A DNA stretch of 64,000 nt from Patescibacteria group bacterium (lineage in GTDB: Bacteria; Patescibacteriota; Minisyncoccia; JAHIHE01; JAGLIN01), in assembly GCA_041670805.1 (NCBI GenBank), contig JBAXYM010000002.1, positions 1,309 through 65,308 of the forward strand. The letters run 5' to 3'. Position numbers and translations under genes: made by a program. Under the pieces are notes generated by a model that saw nothing but the letters and a program-made list of their open reading frames with translations, was not told the DNA's origin and searched no databases. Positions 59,488-64,000 of the stretch are shown here, piece by piece (the stretch's first letter is position 1; every line of letters starts with the position of its first letter).

Positions 59488-59563
59488 GGACCACACCAGA
59501 AATGGTGTGAAATGCCGGATGGAACGTTCTTGTGCGGCATTCACACCATTTCTGGTGTGGTCC
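59488..59563. repeat. Family A REP doublet (variant spacer)
   Basis: Perfect arms; shorter, partly self-complementary spacer. Confidence 0.93.
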
Positions 59564-59570
59564 GAAATCA

Positions 59571-60119
59571 TTACTCGAACATCTCTTTCAATTCCAAAAA
59601 CCTCCCAAACGACTCCTCTCCGTATCCCCTGAATTCCTCCTCAATCGTTTCCAGAGTGTCTTTCTTCCCCGGTGTTTTGCTGCTGAATTTATCGGCGTAG
59701 CAAATAATCTTTTCCTCCAAAGAAACCGGCAGAAAATCTTCGTGCGGCAAATTCCAACCATTGGCGATAATATCCTCTTTGGCAAGCCCCGAACCGGTAT
59801 GCCGTTTGGCGATAAACGATTCTTTTTCCAAACCTTCTCTTGCCAAAATCTCCGCGCCGATAATGCCGTGTCGAATATAGTTTTTCAGATCGGGCACGCC
59901 CCTCTTTTGAAAATCCTCGTCCGCGAAAAATTCCAGTGCGCCGATGTCGTGCAAAATAGATCCGGAAATTATCAGATCAAAATCTACCTTGTCGTACAGC
60001 TTTTTTCGATTCACGATTTCTATGCTTTTTGCGAGCACCTCCAGACTGTGGCGAAGCACGATCTCAAAGGCCTTCTCCGAGGTCGAATATTTTTTCAAAA
60101 TTTCAAAATTTTTATTCAT
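59571..60119 (-). CDS. HDIG-domain HD phosphohydrolase
   Basis: LHDIG, HGIIG, RHTG, ICYADKF. Confidence 0.88.
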   Translation of the reverse strand: MNKNFEILKKYSTSEKAFEIVLRHSLEVLAKSIEIVNRKKLYDKVDFDLIISGSILHDIGALEFFADEDFQKRGVPDLKNYIRHGIIGAEILAREGLEKESFIAKRHTGSGLAKEDIIANGWNLPHEDFLPVSLEEKIICYADKFSSKTPGKKDTLETIEEEFRGYGEESFGRFLELKEMFE

Positions 60120-60189
60120 AAATTGTTTATAACCGGCTTAAATGATATAATCATATTAGCAATTTAAGCTCTAAGTGTAAATAATCAAA

Positions 60190-61758
60190 ATGCAAAAAGT
60201 AATTCTCGTCATATTGGACGGCTGGGGCATAAGCAGGGAGGTGGCGGGAAACGCCATCAGGAACGCCCGAACTCCCAATATGGATATGCTGATGTCGTAT
60301 TTTCCCAATACCGTTTTGCAGGCCTCGGGAATCTCCGTCGGGCTGCCTTGGGGCACGATGGGAAATTCCGAAGTCGGACACCTCACTATCGGCAGCGGAA
60401 AAGTGGTGTATCAGAGCCTGCCACGCGTGACCATTTCCATTCAAGACGGCTCTTTTTTCGAGAAAGAGGCGTTGCTGCAAAGTATAAAACACGCCCAAGA
60501 AAACAATTCCTGCATTCACCTCCTCGGACTGTTGAGCGCGGGCAGCGTCCACAGCCACATCAACCACCTTTACGCGCTCTTAAAGCTCTTGAAGATGAAA
60601 AATTTTCCCGCCGAAAAAGTGCTGATACACGTTTTTACTGACGGCAGAGATGTCGACCTTCACTCGGGAATAGATTACATCGCCGAGCTGGAAAAAAATA
60701 TCAAGACGGAGGGCTTCCCGGGAAGGATCGCCAGTGTGATGGGAAGATATTACGCGATGGATCGCAATGAGAATTGGGACCGAACGGCGAAGGCTTACGC
60801 TTGCATGGCAAAGGGCGAGGGTAAACAGGCGGATACGGCGCGCGCGGCGATACTGGAATCTTACGATCGAGAAAAAAGCGACGAATTCGTCGAACCGGTA
60901 ATCATCAAAGACGCAACGGGAAAAGTCAGCACTGTCGGATACGGAGACTCGGTTATACTTTTCAATATCCGCGAAGACCGCGCCCGGCAAATCACCAAAG
61001 CGTTTGTCCTTGACGATTTCAATCATTTTGCAAGGGGAGAAAAAATAGAGGGACTGAATTTTACCACAATGATAGAATATGAAAAAGATTTGCCCGTAAA
61101 TGTGGTTTTTCCTCCCGAGAAAGTAGAAGCGCCTCTGGGCAAAATGTTAAGCGTAGCGGGAGTAAAACAACTCCGAATTGCGGAAACGGAAAAATATGCC
61201 CACGTCACTTACTTCTTCAACGGCGGCGAAGAGAAGCCTTACCCCGGAGAATTTCGAATGCTCGTCCCTTCTCCCAATGTCGAAAGCTACGACCAGACGC
61301 CTCGAATGAGCGCCGAAGAAGTAACCAATAATGTCATCGGGGCGATAGAAGGAAAAGAATACGGTTTTATTTTGGTAAATTTCGCCAACCCCGATATGGT
61401 CGGGCACACGGGAAATATCAAAGCGGCAATAGAAGCGATAGAATTTGTGGATGGATGCGTCGGAAGTATTTATAAGAAAGCCGCAGAAAATGATACAGTG
61501 CTAATTGTAACCGCCGATCACGGCAACGCGGAGGAAATGATCAACACCCGCACCGGCGAAATACTCACCGAACACACCACCAATCCCGTACCTTTCATTT
61601 TGGCAGACCCCCGCCGTCGATTTGAATATCCGCAAAAGCTCGGGCAGAGCAAAGACATAAACGGAATATTGAGTGACATCGCCCCCACGATTTTGGATAT
61701 TATGGAAATCCCCGAACCGAAAGATATGACGGGAACGAGTTTGTTGAGAAGTATGTAA
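60190..61758 (+). CDS. gpmI: 2,3-bisphosphoglycerate-independent phosphoglycerate mutase, copy 2
   Basis: ILDGWG, MGNSEVGH, VHSH, AETEKYAH, DMVGHTG, TADHGN. Confidence 0.96.
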   Translation: MQKVILVILDGWGISREVAGNAIRNARTPNMDMLMSYFPNTVLQASGISVGLPWGTMGNSEVGHLTIGSGKVVYQSLPRVTISIQDGSFFEKEALLQSIKHAQENNSCIHLLGLLSAGSVHSHINHLYALLKLLKMKNFPAEKVLIHVFTDGRDVDLHSGIDYIAELEKNIKTEGFPGRIASVMGRYYAMDRNENWDRTAKAYACMAKGEGKQADTARAAILESYDREKSDEFVEPVIIKDATGKVSTVGYGDSVILFNIREDRARQITKAFVLDDFNHFARGEKIEGLNFTTMIEYEKDLPVNVVFPPEKVEAPLGKMLSVAGVKQLRIAETEKYAHVTYFFNGGEEKPYPGEFRMLVPSPNVESYDQTPRMSAEEVTNNVIGAIEGKEYGFILVNFANPDMVGHTGNIKAAIEAIEFVDGCVGSIYKKAAENDTVLIVTADHGNAEEMINTRTGEILTEHTTNPVPFILADPRRRFEYPQKLGQSKDINGILSDIAPTILDIMEIPEPKDMTGTSLLRSM

Positions 61759-61809
61759 AACTTTCCCAGTGTTTTGAATTATGGAAGATATGGCATCCGT
61801 TCCCTTACA

Positions 61810-62096
61810 TGTCCCGGAATTTGCGCAACAGAAAGCCAGCATTTGCATCCGGACCACACCAGAAATGGTGTGAAATATTACGCAAGAACGTTTTGTCCTG
61901 CGTGGTTCACACCATTTCTGATGTGGTCCATAAATCCATAATGCAAAATACACTCGTAAAAATGAAATACAACACTTGTCTTGCACGGCTACGGGATTCC
62001 GGATATTTCGGAGTACCGAAATTCCGGAATGACAGATAATTGATTTTATTTTTTAATTTGGCTAAAAGCAGCGATTCAAAATGCAGATGGGTCAGG
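61810..62096. mobile_element. Nested composite in reverse: truncated B', A doublet (61851-61929), B arm (61993-62034), F end
   Basis: Reverse-complement match to 55738-55990 and 14845-15110. Confidence 0.85.
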
Positions 62097-62129
62097 GATT
62101 TTTCGACAAAAAAATAACCGCCAGTCCGG

Positions 62130-62819
62130 TTATTTTTTTGCTTCTTTATCGCGCCAGTCCTTAATTTTCCGATGGTGTCCGCTTAAGAGTATCTCGGGCA
62201 CTTCCCATTTGACTCCCCGCTTGGGAGAAAAAACTTCCGGCTTGGTGAACTGCGGATACTCCAAATATCCCTCACTGGAAAAAGATTCCTCCACGATTGA
62301 CTCCTCGTTGCCCAAAACCCCGGGCAGAAGTCGCACAACCGAATCCACAACCGCCATCGCCGGAATTTCCCCGCCGGTCAAAACATAATCGCCGATAGAA
62401 ACTTCTTCATCCACCAGATATTTTGCCACGCGCTCATCCACGCCTTCATATCTGCCGCAAATGAGGACGACTCTTTCAAGCTTGGCATAATCCCGTGCTT
62501 TTGCCTGAACATATCGTTCCCCTTTGGCGGAGAAAAGCACTATCTTGGTTTTTGATTTTTTGCTTTTTCGCCAACATGGCAAATTATTTTTCCCCACAAC
62601 AGAAACCAGCGCTTTGTAAATCGGCTCCAACTTGAGCACCATCCCCGCGCCGCCGCCATAAGGAGTATCATCCACGGTCAAATGTTTGTCCTCCGTAAAA
62701 TCGCGCAAATTATGCACCACGACTTCGACAGCCCCCTGCTTTTGCGCGCGCGCGACAATACTCTCGCCAAAATACGAATCAAAGATTTCCGGAAAGATGG
62801 TTATGATATCGAAACGCAT
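62130..62819 (-). CDS. trmD: tRNA (guanine37-N1)-methyltransferase
   Basis: [33 protein letters not shown]. Confidence 0.97.
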   Translation of the reverse strand: MRFDIITIFPEIFDSYFGESIVARAQKQGAVEVVVHNLRDFTEDKHLTVDDTPYGGGAGMVLKLEPIYKALVSVVGKNNLPCWRKSKKSKTKIVLFSAKGERYVQAKARDYAKLERVVLICGRYEGVDERVAKYLVDEEVSIGDYVLTGGEIPAMAVVDSVVRLLPGVLGNEESIVEESFSSEGYLEYPQFTKPEVFSPKRGVKWEVPEILLSGHHRKIKDWRDKEAKK

Positions 62820-63053
62820 AAAAATAATTGATAATTAATAATTGAAAACCTGTAACTGATCGCCCACCCCGAAAGACACTGCCAAAAAGATTCCGTCCCG
62901 CATCAGAACTCCGGATTCGCCATGCGAAGTTTATCGGTCCATATATGCAAGCGGTAACATAATCCCAACCGTATGTATCCAATCAAAACCCACATATCCG
63001 AAACAAGGTCATATGCAATATATTGTATTACAACAAACACCGACTTTGCATTC

Positions 63054-63132
63054 GGACCACACCAGAAATGGTGTGAAATACTGCGCAAGAACGTCTTATC
63101 CTGCGTGGTTCACACCATTTCTGGTGCGATCC
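63054..63132. repeat. Family A REP doublet
   Basis: Both arms present. Confidence 0.95.
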
Positions 63133-63267
63133 CATAATTCAAAATACACCGGATATGTCAGAGATCGTTTATCGGATCAGAACCCATAAATTACGTATAA
63201 TCCAAAATATTCAAAACTTTATCTCAAACATTCAAAATTTCTTTTCTTGTGCGATAGAACCTCGGCA

Positions 63268-63897
63268 TTAAAACAAACTGCCTTGTTTAAAAAGCTTCTT
63301 CTCTTCTTTTACCGCCGCCGGAATGTCTATGATTTTCTTTTCCCTGAGCGCGAAAAAACATCTGGCGCAGGCACTTGTGTCCACCAGCGCATCATGCGCA
63401 TCCTCGAAATCTTTGCCGAAAAGCTTAATATGCAACTCGGAAAGTCTGGGCCATTTGTACCCGCCGCTGGTGGAAGATATGGCACAAAAATCTACCGACG
63501 CAAGCATGGTGCAAAGACGCTCAGTCTGAAAAAGCCCGTTTTCCATCTCGCCGCGCAAAAACTCCGCTCCCATAATTTTTTCATCAAAGCTCATATTGTG
63601 CGCCACCAACAAGTCCGCCTCGCTGATCTTTTTGGAAAATTCCTCCAGCACGAAACGCAAATCTTCGCCCTCGGTCAGAGCCCGCTCGTTGGTTATGCCG
63701 TGAACCTTTGCGGATTCGAGCGGTATCACAAACCCCTCGGGCTTGACGATATGCGCGCCCTCGTCCAGTTTATCGCCGCTTTCGTCATACAAAATCCATG
63801 CCAGCTGCACCAGGCGCGGCCAGTTGTTCAACTGCGTAACCGGCGCGTTCCAATCGCGTGGCAATCCCGTAGTTTCCGTATCAAAAAATAGATACAT
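63268..63897 (-). CDS. DEDDh 3'-5' exonuclease (DnaQ-like)
   Basis: FFDTETTG, AHNMSFD, AHDALVD. Confidence 0.9.
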   Translation of the reverse strand: MYLFFDTETTGLPRDWNAPVTQLNNWPRLVQLAWILYDESGDKLDEGAHIVKPEGFVIPLESAKVHGITNERALTEGEDLRFVLEEFSKKISEADLLVAHNMSFDEKIMGAEFLRGEMENGLFQTERLCTMLASVDFCAISSTSGGYKWPRLSELHIKLFGKDFEDAHDALVDTSACARCFFALREKKIIDIPAAVKEEKKLFKQGSLF

Positions 63898-64000
63898 AGA
63901 GATTCAATAATTTATTACTTTTCCATTATAGGATAAATTCGGCAAAAATGGAAATCTAATGATTCTGGGACTTACGCGTTTAGATTGTCGTTGCGAGAAG

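Noticed and set aside
62830-63250. Gene or ncRNA between trmD and the exonuclease
   Set aside because: Apart from the A doublet and its flank, I found no convincing ORF, SD or fold.

Overview
A 64 kb stretch of housekeeping chromosome from a fermentative bacterium using genetic code 11. Gene content suggests Patescibacteria/Parcubacteria (inference): short AtpH, sigma70-r4/HARE-HTH protein, VirD4-like ATPase with partner gene and pilins, short UvrC. It encodes lower glycolysis and acetate fermentation (gap, pgk, tpiA, eno, two gpmI, a PfkB kinase, ADP-forming acetate-CoA ligase, POR gamma/delta), gdhA, trxAB, ferredoxin, cysteine synthase, a complete atpBEFHAGDC operon, prmC, rplY, murE, a P-type ATPase, lgt, uvrC, clpP, tig, ppaC, nusA, a U32 protein and trmD. 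I saw no rRNA, tRNA, CRISPR array, transposase or integrase. The notable biology is non-coding. (1) The intergenic space holds at least eight families of palindromic REP/REPIN-like elements, including 18 copies of a ~79 bp doublet. These nest into TIR-bounded composites, show compensatory substitutions, supply the stop codons of uvrC and lgt, and in one case sit in frame inside a gene. (2) An unannotated 15-aa Cys-Cys-Cys leader peptide, with a promoter and terminator-like hairpin, lies upstream of cysteine synthase and is a candidate cysteine-sensing attenuator. (3) A small ORF enclosed by a long inverted repeat sits inside the atp operon. All alignments and coordinates were read by eye and may be off by a few bases.
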